A stretch of 50,048 nt of DNA from a virus (Duplodnaviria > Caudoviricetes), in the IMG/VR virus record IMGVR_UViG_3300030330_000961, positions 1-50,048 of that record; one strand, 5' to 3'. Under the pieces are notes generated by a model. The model was not told the DNA's origin. It searched no databases and was given only the letters and a program-made list of their open reading frames with translations. The stretch's first letter is position 1, and each line of letters starts with the position of its first letter. Below are positions 43,864-50,048 of the stretch, one piece after another. The position numbers and the translations under genes were made by a program.

Positions 43864-44022
43864 TTAGTTTCTCCTTATTAAGTGAAATGTAAACAAAGCA
43901 GTCCAACAAAGCCACGCAATAGATACAGGGTGGGGAATAGTTGCAATTGCTCCGATCGTTAATAGTATGAATACGCCATACGTAGAAGTCCATATCATAC
44001 TTTGTGCTATCATGTCAAGCAT
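43864..44022 (-). CDS. 52-aa two-helix membrane protein (not in ORF track)
   Basis: TAATG-coupled to GGCT; MLDMIAQSMIWTSTYGVFILLTIGAIATIPHPVSIAWLCWTALFTFHLIRRN. Confidence 0.5.
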   Translation of the reverse strand: MLDMIAQSMIWTSTYGVFILLTIGAIATIPHPVSIAWLCWTALFTFHLIRRN

Positions 44023-44411
44023 TAGTTTCTCCATTCTTTAATGTTATCTTTAATGCTTACATATTCATCTGATAACCACTCATCATTAGGCTCGCCTGTG
44101 TGTATAAACATAGTAGCATTTACACCAGAAGGTTCGAGCAACACTGGTTCTGGTACATATCCTGCCCCCCTTTCCATGAGGTAAATGTATTCGTACTGAG
44201 CAGGGTGTACTGAGTATAGTTCTCCTTTTATTTTAAATCCATTATCTTTTCTAAAGACAATAGGAAATATGCCATTAGCATAGTCGAGGATATCATACTT
44301 GGGGGCAGTCACAAACTCTCCCAAAAATTTATGATCCTCAACTAAACCGTGCAGTCTTAAATCTTTTTTAAGTGTGCCATACACAAATAAGTCTATAGTA
44401 TTCTTTGTCAT
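44022..44411 (-). CDS. gamma-glutamylcyclotransferase (AIG2-like)
   Basis: LFVYGTLK, FP.V, IKGELYSV, E..AGY; start reset to MTKNT. Confidence 0.88.
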   Translation of the reverse strand: MTKNTIDLFVYGTLKKDLRLHGLVEDHKFLGEFVTAPKYDILDYANGIFPIVFRKDNGFKIKGELYSVHPAQYEYIYLMERGAGYVPEPVLLEPSGVNATMFIHTGEPNDEWLSDEYVSIKDNIKEWRN

Positions 44412-44821
44412 TTTACTCTGTTTCCTCTCAATGCAAAAAATAAACCACCACAATAAAGTAGTAAATGAAAGTGTTCATACATTAGCACATACCACAAGCT
44501 CTCTGGTTCTAATATCAATATGACACCTGTCATTATGCCACATATAACTATACCTGAAAATCTAGTTAGCATGTCCCCAACACCAGGTTTAAGTGCAATT
44601 GTAAGACCACCGACTAACAATCCTAAACCTGCAAAAAATTCTCCCCAAGCAACAAAAAACCAAACTGACATGGGCAAACCAAATGCTTCTGCGTCTGATA
44701 TATCAAGTGGTAGTTTTTGTAAACCTTGCAATATAAAAATGATACCTAACGGTACTCTCAGTAACCAGTTAGCACCTTTGAAGTCTGGTATCTTTTTTAA
44801 GTATTGTTCGAGTGTCATCAT
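44408..44821 (-). CDS. DoxX family membrane protein
   Basis: LLR..LG..F...G..K, VAWGE..AG..LL.G...TR; four hydrophobic helices. Confidence 0.85.
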   Translation of the reverse strand: MMTLEQYLKKIPDFKGANWLLRVPLGIIFILQGLQKLPLDISDAEAFGLPMSVWFFVAWGEFFAGLGLLVGGLTIALKPGVGDMLTRFSGIVICGIMTGVILILEPESLWYVLMYEHFHLLLYCGGLFFALRGNRVK

Positions 44822-45252
44822 TACAATTCACTTAGTAGTTTAGGTAATATCTTTTTACTTTTGCCAAATGTTTTAGCATTAGCAATATCATCTTTGTTTA
44901 ATGTATTATCACCAACAACCACTAATGCAATCATACCCAAACCTTTGTGGGGTGTACATTGATATAGATATACACCAGGAACTTTAAATGTAAATGAATA
45001 CTCTTTATTTAATTTACTTTTTTTAGGTATTTCAAATCCATCAGGTCCTGCAATAAACTCTACATTGTGACCTTTGTCTGTTGGCAACCAAGTAATTGTT
45101 TCGCCCACATCTACTCTAGATATATCCTCTGAGTAGACCATCTTAGCACCATCATCTCTTTTGTTAAGCATATCTACTGTTATATCAGCATATGCTGTTG
45201 TTATATCAAACAATATAACTAAAATTAAAATTATATATTTTATCATAATCAC
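44821..45252 (-). CDS. pseudoazurin-like type 1 copper protein with signal peptide
   Basis: V.MLNK...MVY...GHNV...Y.CTPH...GM: His, Cys, His and Met ligands intact; AYA cleavage site. Confidence 0.92.
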   Translation of the reverse strand: MIMIKYIILILVILFDITTAYADITVDMLNKRDDGAKMVYSEDISRVDVGETITWLPTDKGHNVEFIAGPDGFEIPKKSKLNKEYSFTFKVPGVYLYQCTPHKGLGMIALVVVGDNTLNKDDIANAKTFGKSKKILPKLLSEL

Positions 45253-45353
45253 AGTCCTAACAATCTAGCGACAGGATCAATGCACAACAATGCTGAGATC
45301 ACCACACCCATAACGACTGCAATAAGAACTAAATTAGGATTTCCATTTGTCAT
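45249..45353 (-). CDS. 34-aa membrane peptide (not in ORF track)
   Basis: MTNGNPNLVLIAVVMGVVISALLCIDPVARLLGL; 4-nt overlaps with both neighbours. Confidence 0.5.
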   Translation of the reverse strand: MTNGNPNLVLIAVVMGVVISALLCIDPVARLLGL

Positions 45354-45757
45354 AGTCTCGTCACCTCTCTTTTAATTATGTCAAGTAATTTTGGATTATC
45401 ACGGAACACACCCATCAACCAATTCGTCAAAGTGTTGGTGACTTGTTCCTCGTTGTCGTCTTCTTTCAATGCACCTCCGTCAGCATTTAACGAAGACAGA
45501 TAAACTATGGCATGCATTATCTCATGTAGTAATGTATTCGCATAGTCAATTCCGTCAACTTCTTTTTGTATTTCAATTCTGTTTTCACGAGACAGATACT
45601 GCCCCCAACAATCGGCATTGTTCTTAGTAAAAGAAGCAGTAACTCTATCTATTTTAATATCGGCAAAGCCAACCTTTACTTTATCTAACTCTTTGATTTT
45701 ATTGCTCAAAACTAATCTCCATATCTGTATTATACTTTCTTTCTTTTCTACTGTCAA
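45350..45757 (-). CDS. HExxH zinc metallopeptidase-like protein
   Basis: WGQY......I.I......NTLLHEIMHA...EEQ; start uncertain. Confidence 0.75.
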   Translation of the reverse strand: MTVEKKESIIQIWRLVLSNKIKELDKVKVGFADIKIDRVTASFTKNNADCWGQYLSRENRIEIQKEVDGIDYANTLLHEIMHAIVYLSSLNADGGALKEDDNEEQVTNTLTNWLMGVFRDNPKLLDIIKREVTRL

Positions 45758-46154
45758 TCTTTTTATTAATCTTTTTATTCAAAAGACTTTCAGTAATTTC
45801 TAAATGTTGATCGCTAGGTATAATCAAAACTCGACGATTAAATCGTGCAACCTTTAAAGGTAGATTACATCTTTTAACTAGAGATGATAAATGCTGATGA
45901 CTCCACTTAGCATGTGGCAAAGTTCGTCTGAAAAAATACAATGGTTTATTTTCTTCATGTACTTTACGAGCTAGAGCAGTGTGGTTTGTACATTCATCTT
46001 CATTGATACAAACTCTGTCGCCCTCATGAACATATCCCTCGTCATCTTCCCAATCATTTTCGTAATCATAGAGAGGCGAGATATATCTAATGCATCTAGC
46101 ATCACGAAAGTAAGCAGGCAAGAAATCTTTTTTAGTATGCGTATGTGTTTTCAT
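45699..46154 (-). CDS. hypothetical protein
   Basis: 151-aa ORF in the packed operon. Confidence 0.6.
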   Translation of the reverse strand: MKTHTHTKKDFLPAYFRDARCIRYISPLYDYENDWEDDEGYVHEGDRVCINEDECTNHTALARKVHEENKPLYFFRRTLPHAKWSHQHLSSLVKRCNLPLKVARFNRRVLIIPSDQHLEITESLLNKKINKKIDSRKERKYNTDMEISFEQ

Positions 46155-46311
46155 AATCGTAAGCCCTTTCTACTTCATCTTCAAAGACATGCAGTTGCGA
46201 TTGCCCATACTTATCAATAAACATTTTTCTTGCAGTCGGTACATCACGCACCTCTAAAATGTATTGTGAATACTCTTGCATTTCCATCAACCAATTTTTT
46301 ACTCCACTCAT
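46132..46311 (-). CDS. hypothetical protein
   Basis: Start reset to MSGVKNWLMEM after GGAGG. Confidence 0.6.
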   Translation of the reverse strand: MSGVKNWLMEMQEYSQYILEVRDVPTARKMFIDKYGQSQLHVFEDEVERAYDYENTYAY

Positions 46312-46312
46312 T

Positions 46313-46480
46313 CTAAGCCTCCATCTTTCTGTGCAAGAAACATAAATCATCTATTGCTAATTCAACAAAGCTATTCTCTTGCATGTTTTTTATTTCGCAT
46401 ATTCGTTTCATCTCTTCATAGGTTTCCTGCGAAATTGAAAAACCTACTTTAATAATATTTGGGTTAGTCTCTTTATCCAT
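46313..46480 (-). CDS. 55-aa ribbon-helix-helix-like DNA-binding protein (not in ORF track)
   Basis: KVGFSISQETYEEMKRICEIKNMQENSFVELAI: alternating strand plus two helices, CopG/Arc-like. Confidence 0.55.
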   Translation of the reverse strand: MDKETNPNIIKVGFSISQETYEEMKRICEIKNMQENSFVELAIDDLCFLHRKMEA

Positions 46481-46481
46481 G

Positions 46482-46685
46482 TCAGTTTTCTCTCTCTAAT
46501 TTATAGACATCAACAGGTATTGTTGTTACTGTGTCAGTTATTTCAGGCACATTGACTGATTGCACTATGCTCCGTTGTGAATCTGTTACTGCATGAAACA
46601 CAGCAATCAATGCCCATGCCCATATAATTCCTAATATAAAATAAACTCCAAATAATGTTTTATTCATTCCCCATATTTCTCCCAT
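46482..46685 (-). CDS. small membrane protein
   Basis: Start reset to MGEIWG after GGAG; one TM helix. Confidence 0.55.
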   Translation of the reverse strand: MGEIWGMNKTLFGVYFILGIIWAWALIAVFHAVTDSQRSIVQSVNVPEITDTVTTIPVDVYKLEREN

Positions 46686-46703
46686 ACTTTTATCTCCATA
46701 ATT

Positions 46704-47020
46704 GTGGGGTAACAACGATTGGCTAACGAGAACTCGCTTGGCAATACTGTTGCCCCCATGATTCAAACTAACTGCACACACATAGTTAGGTTTGTGGCAA
46801 AATAGATACATAAACTTTCGCCACACCACTTCTCTTTGGCTCTAATCTCCTGTACGAGTACGACTTATTTCGCTCGACCAAATGTATCTAGTGGCATGAA
46901 AGCGATTGAGTAGCCACACTCAATTAAAACTACATTGTCTTACCAATGATGTACTTGGCGAGGTTGATTATGTCAGTCAATAAACCAAGTCAAAGAAGGC
47001 TTTAACTGTCGCTTTCAATT
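46704..47020 (-). ncRNA. unclassified ~320-nt structured RNA or leader
   Basis: Downstream of a promoter; at least eight helices, a 9-bp candidate pseudoknot, and G-U pairs valid only on the - strand. Confidence 0.65.
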
Positions 47021-47024
47021 CCGT

Positions 47025-47052
47025 ATTATATCATATATAAAATATATTTCAA
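47025..47052 (-). promoter_or_regulatory. sigma70-type promoter for the structured RNA and downstream operon
   Basis: TTGAAA-16 nt-TATAAT with extended TGn. Confidence 0.65.
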
Positions 47053-47071
47053 TAGTTTTCTTTTCGTATAT

Positions 47072-47270
47072 CACCGAACAAGCACCGAGTGATTACCGAA
47101 TGGCAACGGTTTGGGGTATGACACCCCTGTACTGCTATATAATATACGATTATTAATATATTATTATTACAATATATAGTATATATCTTTGGACAATACA
47201 TACTAATCTTTACACCTGCCCCCCTTGACAGAGTGTGTCCAGTCGGTATTCAATCGGTGTTCTTTCGGTG
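47072..47270. repeat. candidate replication origin: inverted 11-bp-period iterons flanking an AT-rich core
   Basis: YACCGA at 47072, 47083, 47094; TCGGTR at 47243, 47254, 47265; nearly pure A/T at about 47136-47190. Confidence 0.6.
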
Positions 47271-47278
47271 TTCATAGC

Positions 47279-47306
47279 GAGAGAGGGGTATATATTCCCT
47301 CTCTCT
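47279..47306 (-). terminator. hairpin downstream of the amidotransferase
   Basis: GAGAGAGGG...CCCTCTCTC inverted repeat; no clear U tract. Confidence 0.4.
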
Positions 47307-47388
47307 ATCAGTTACAACCTAGCTAGGTGAAGGTTTAACCTTACATAACGCAACTGAATATTGTAACATCTTTTGGGGCGATACCCTA

Positions 47389-48255
47389 TTACTTATTTGA
47401 CATTCTGTAAGCACAAAGATCAAATAGATAGTCGGCTACACCTTGAGGATTCGAGACAACCAGATCTTCGATATCCTCGAGACTTGCCCCCACAAGCATA
47501 TCATCTGTGATGTTAAACCACGAATTGTCATCAGGCTTAGATGCCGTACCATAGATATCATCTTTGTATGCGTCATCTCCATACTGCCAATCGTCCCAAG
47601 TAAGTCCACCATAGCTAGTTCTCTTACCATATTGAATCACAGATTTCTTATTGTTGGCTACATCATAGTTATACCCAAGTCCTCTACTAATAGAATAGGT
47701 ATTGGATAGCCAACCAATTCCCTTGACATCTTTACCTTCATCAGAGTTGATGATCGTAAATTCTTTTGTCTTACCATCTAAGAACACTAGCTTATCTGTA
47801 CCAATCATCTCACCCAATGATTCTTGCCATTCGATATTGTATAGCAAGTTAGGATTGTTAGCTAGTTGTGGTTTGATAATCCACTTGATAAATTGATGGG
47901 TGTCAGACTTACCTTTATCAATCATAGGTGTAGGTAAGTTTGGTCCATTATGCATGAGCCATAAATCTCTTCCATGATCTTGTTTATTAAGAACTTGAAA
48001 TGGGTGAGACATAGCTCGATTAGTTTCGCCATGCGTATTGAATCTAAAATGCAAAGCCATAGGAATGTCCATATCCTTGTATGACTTCCACATTTTTTCT
48101 ACATCAGCGAAAGTTTTTGGTACAATTTTGTGGGTATGAACCTTGCCCTGATTGAATAGCATAAGTCCAAAGCCATCAGAATTGTTTTCGTAAGCACACT
48201 CTAATAAATCTCGATTGAGATTTTTAGGTGTATCAGTTTGTATAATTAAACACAT
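47389..48255 (-). CDS. class II (Ntn) glutamine amidotransferase-like protein
   Basis: N-terminal MC, N.DGFG, HFR..THG......HPF, MHNG, SDT. Confidence 0.88.
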   Translation of the reverse strand: MCLIIQTDTPKNLNRDLLECAYENNSDGFGLMLFNQGKVHTHKIVPKTFADVEKMWKSYKDMDIPMALHFRFNTHGETNRAMSHPFQVLNKQDHGRDLWLMHNGPNLPTPMIDKGKSDTHQFIKWIIKPQLANNPNLLYNIEWQESLGEMIGTDKLVFLDGKTKEFTIINSDEGKDVKGIGWLSNTYSISRGLGYNYDVANNKKSVIQYGKRTSYGGLTWDDWQYGDDAYKDDIYGTASKPDDNSWFNITDDMLVGASLEDIEDLVVSNPQGVADYLFDLCAYRMSNK

Positions 48256-48285
48256 AACACACTTTCCTTTCTCTAAAGTTAAAAG

Positions 48286-49719
48286 TTATTGATTGACAAC
48301 TGCGTCAATCGCTTGGTCATACTGTCTGGTAATAGACCTCGAAGGTATACCAGATAGATAACCCTTACGAACTAGCCAACCATAGAAGTATGGATAACTA
48401 GCACGATTCTGAGGTGATCGGTTAAACCACTTCAAGAATTCCTTGTAATGCTGATCAGATTCTCGGCAAGTATTTTGTTGTAAGAAATCAACCAGAGCAT
48501 AACTAAATTCCAATGCTCGCATGATTCCATCTTTAGTCAGATTACTTCTGAAGATTCTCAATTCAACAGTACTGGAATGAGCCACATTTACTGCCTCGTA
48601 TTTATTATAGTTTCGTTGCCCACCATCGGTGACTTTCTTTTTACGCATAACTGCATATGAGGTACAGTCAGAATCCTCGTAGAAAGTCTCGGAACGACCA
48701 GCAATTCTCTCAATAAATGATCTGTTAAATTCATTATTGATAAACACTAACAGTTTACCAAGTTGTACAGATGATAGCATTTTACGATCAAGATGAATAT
48801 GCATACCTGCGGTATCAGTATTCCAACCCCTGACAAATGCCTTGCCTTCATCATCACGCAATACACCTGAATCAAATAATTCTTCAATTCGTTCTCGGTG
48901 GTATGCTAGAGTACAAGGGGCAGACACTAGCTCGAACCCATGACTTAACGAACCATCACTTTTAAAGATACAATAGTCCTCACTAAAAACATTTCGTATC
49001 TGTAATGGCAAGTCATCTGGACATCTGCTCGTAGCCTCCATCTCTATCTCAAGCCCTGACCATCTTTGTTTATGGCGAGGTATTGAGGATTCTGATTTAG
49101 TGTGCATGAAGTATAAATAATCCAATGGATCACAGTCGTACCGATATACACCCTCAAAACCTGAATCGTAATCCTCGTCAGATGGTTCTTGGTATTGATC
49201 CCAAGATTCATAGTCATCATCTCTGAAATAGGTATCGGCTTCATCACAATAGCTGTATTGATTTTGACAACACTCGCCAATTATTTCATCACCATTGTAA
49301 GCAGATATTGCGTCTCCATCTTGGCAATAATCATCGCAATTATTACAGGTAATTAAATCATAGTAATCTGATTTGCTTTCGTGGTATTCATCAATGATCT
49401 TATCAATAGCCATATACAATTGCCTTACAGGGCTATCAGGTACATCTGAAGCATAGTGGATCACTCTATCTGAATGAATTTTAAACAATCCCCAAAGTCT
49501 GCGATTGTGTACCTGTAAATCGTAGAAGAAATCATCTGCTCTGCTCCACCCACCAAACCTGTCCATAACATCATATATATCCTCGTATTCGTTTCCAATA
49601 ATTCTATTATAAATAGCTCTTGAAAACGGATAATCTTGATCTAAGTGACTTGTTTGTTGGTAGATAGAAAACAGTTTTTGAAAATGCCTTCGTAAAAAAA
49701 CATAGTCTAATTTAAACAT
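48286..49719 (-). CDS. putative amidoligase (COOH-NH2 ligase superfamily) with Cys-rich N-terminal region
   Basis: GLEIE, KSDGSL..GFELVSAP, AGMHIH, Y.AVN, TVELRIFR. Confidence 0.85.
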   Translation of the reverse strand: MFKLDYVFLRRHFQKLFSIYQQTSHLDQDYPFSRAIYNRIIGNEYEDIYDVMDRFGGWSRADDFFYDLQVHNRRLWGLFKIHSDRVIHYASDVPDSPVRQLYMAIDKIIDEYHESKSDYYDLITCNNCDDYCQDGDAISAYNGDEIIGECCQNQYSYCDEADTYFRDDDYESWDQYQEPSDEDYDSGFEGVYRYDCDPLDYLYFMHTKSESSIPRHKQRWSGLEIEMEATSRCPDDLPLQIRNVFSEDYCIFKSDGSLSHGFELVSAPCTLAYHRERIEELFDSGVLRDDEGKAFVRGWNTDTAGMHIHLDRKMLSSVQLGKLLVFINNEFNRSFIERIAGRSETFYEDSDCTSYAVMRKKKVTDGGQRNYNKYEAVNVAHSSTVELRIFRSNLTKDGIMRALEFSYALVDFLQQNTCRESDQHYKEFLKWFNRSPQNRASYPYFYGWLVRKGYLSGIPSRSITRQYDQAIDAVVNQ

Positions 49720-49743
49720 AATTAACCTCGTTTGTTATTAATT

Positions 49744-49798
49744 AAAAATCCTACCGACTTGATAGGAAACTAGCCATACATACAGTATGACTAGCTTT
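49744..49798 (-). other. tandem hairpins (terminator or leader)
   Basis: AAGCTAGTCATAC/GTATGGCTAGTTT, then CCTATC/GGTAGG followed by ATTTTT on the - strand. Confidence 0.5.
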
Positions 49799-49808
49799 CT
49801 GTCAAGTA

Positions 49809-50012
49809 TTATTTTTGATTGTATTCTTTAACCGCTTCAATTTCTTTCTTTGTTTCCAAAGGGTCAGGGTAATAGTAATTTTTACCAAGATATTTGAGCA
49901 AGCCATTCAACCGCTTTCTAATCTGCTCATTTACTTGAGCTATTTCCTGTTTACTGATTTGAGTTACATTGTAGTCAATCTGCTCAACCCAAAAATCTTT
50001 TTTTAGTTCCAT
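49809..50012 (-). CDS. hypothetical protein
   Basis: 67-aa ORF, same strand as the arm. Confidence 0.5.
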   Translation of the reverse strand: MELKKDFWVEQIDYNVTQISKQEIAQVNEQIRKRLNGLLKYLGKNYYYPDPLETKKEIEAVKEYNQK

Positions 50013-50048
50013 ACCATCAATTAGTAGTTCTTTAGCAAATTGATTAGG

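Noticed and set aside
43862-43993. N-terminal extension of ORF 43625-43993
   Set aside because: A coupled membrane ORF in another frame explains this DNA, and there is a strong RBS before ATG 43861.
43994-44018. Promoter TTGACA...TATGAT on the - strand
   Set aside because: The spacer is only 13 nt and the site lies in a probable coding region.
46686-46829. GTG-started N-terminal extension of ORF 46482-46829
   Set aside because: There is a good RBS before ATG 46685, and the extension coincides with RNA helices.
46704-47020. Cobalamin riboswitch, tmRNA or tRNA identity for the structured RNA
   Set aside because: GCCACT and GAGCCA fragments recall a B12 box, but the GGGAA and T-loop core are missing. 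There is no acceptor stem, TTCRA loop or CCA end, and the RNA is not upstream of nrdJ.
47072-47270. CRISPR mini-array
   Set aside because: The repeats are 6-bp cores at an 11-bp period in inverted orientation, with no spacers.
34331-50006. + strand ORFs within the replication arm (e.g. 36582-36944, 44520-44843)
   Set aside because: Antisense shadows of well-supported - strand genes.

Overview
This window is most of the genome of an AT-rich, lytic-looking tailed phage with a podovirus-type layout. It is probably marine and probably infects an alphaproteobacterium (inference). It has two convergent arms. The + arm (1-30.3 kb) runs: a cluster of small, very basic proteins; a Bpt/ATE-like aminoacyl-tRNA-protein transferase; Hsp20; GroES; scaffold and capsid genes; adaptors; a tail fibre with an S74 chaperone; an adhesin; a three-gene cassette ending in a Coq4-like gene; the tail nozzle; ejection proteins; and a 2889-aa polyvalent protein (pesticin-type muramidase, HExxH peptidase, ART-like and PLxRFG-like segments). 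The - arm (30.3-50 kb) holds holin-region membrane genes, an HTH-metallophosphoesterase, class II RNR, a DUF3987 helicase-like protein, and a family A DNA polymerase split into two genes (degenerate UDG + ExoI/II, then ExoIII + Pol with His at the E. coli 762 position). It continues with SSB, a Sak4-like ATPase, MazG, a PD-(D/E)XK exonuclease, GGCT, DoxX + pseudoazurin, and amidoligase + glutamine amidotransferase. Non-coding signals include near-consensus sigma70 promoters, a ROSE-like thermometer before hsp20, a ~320-nt highly structured RNA with a candidate pseudoknot (46.70-47.02 kb), an origin-like element with converging 11-bp iterons, and a strong genome-wide excess of the hexamer GGGGCA. 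No terminase, portal, primase, RNA polymerase, integrase, tRNA or CRISPR array was recognised. All family calls come from motif recognition by eye, not from database searches.
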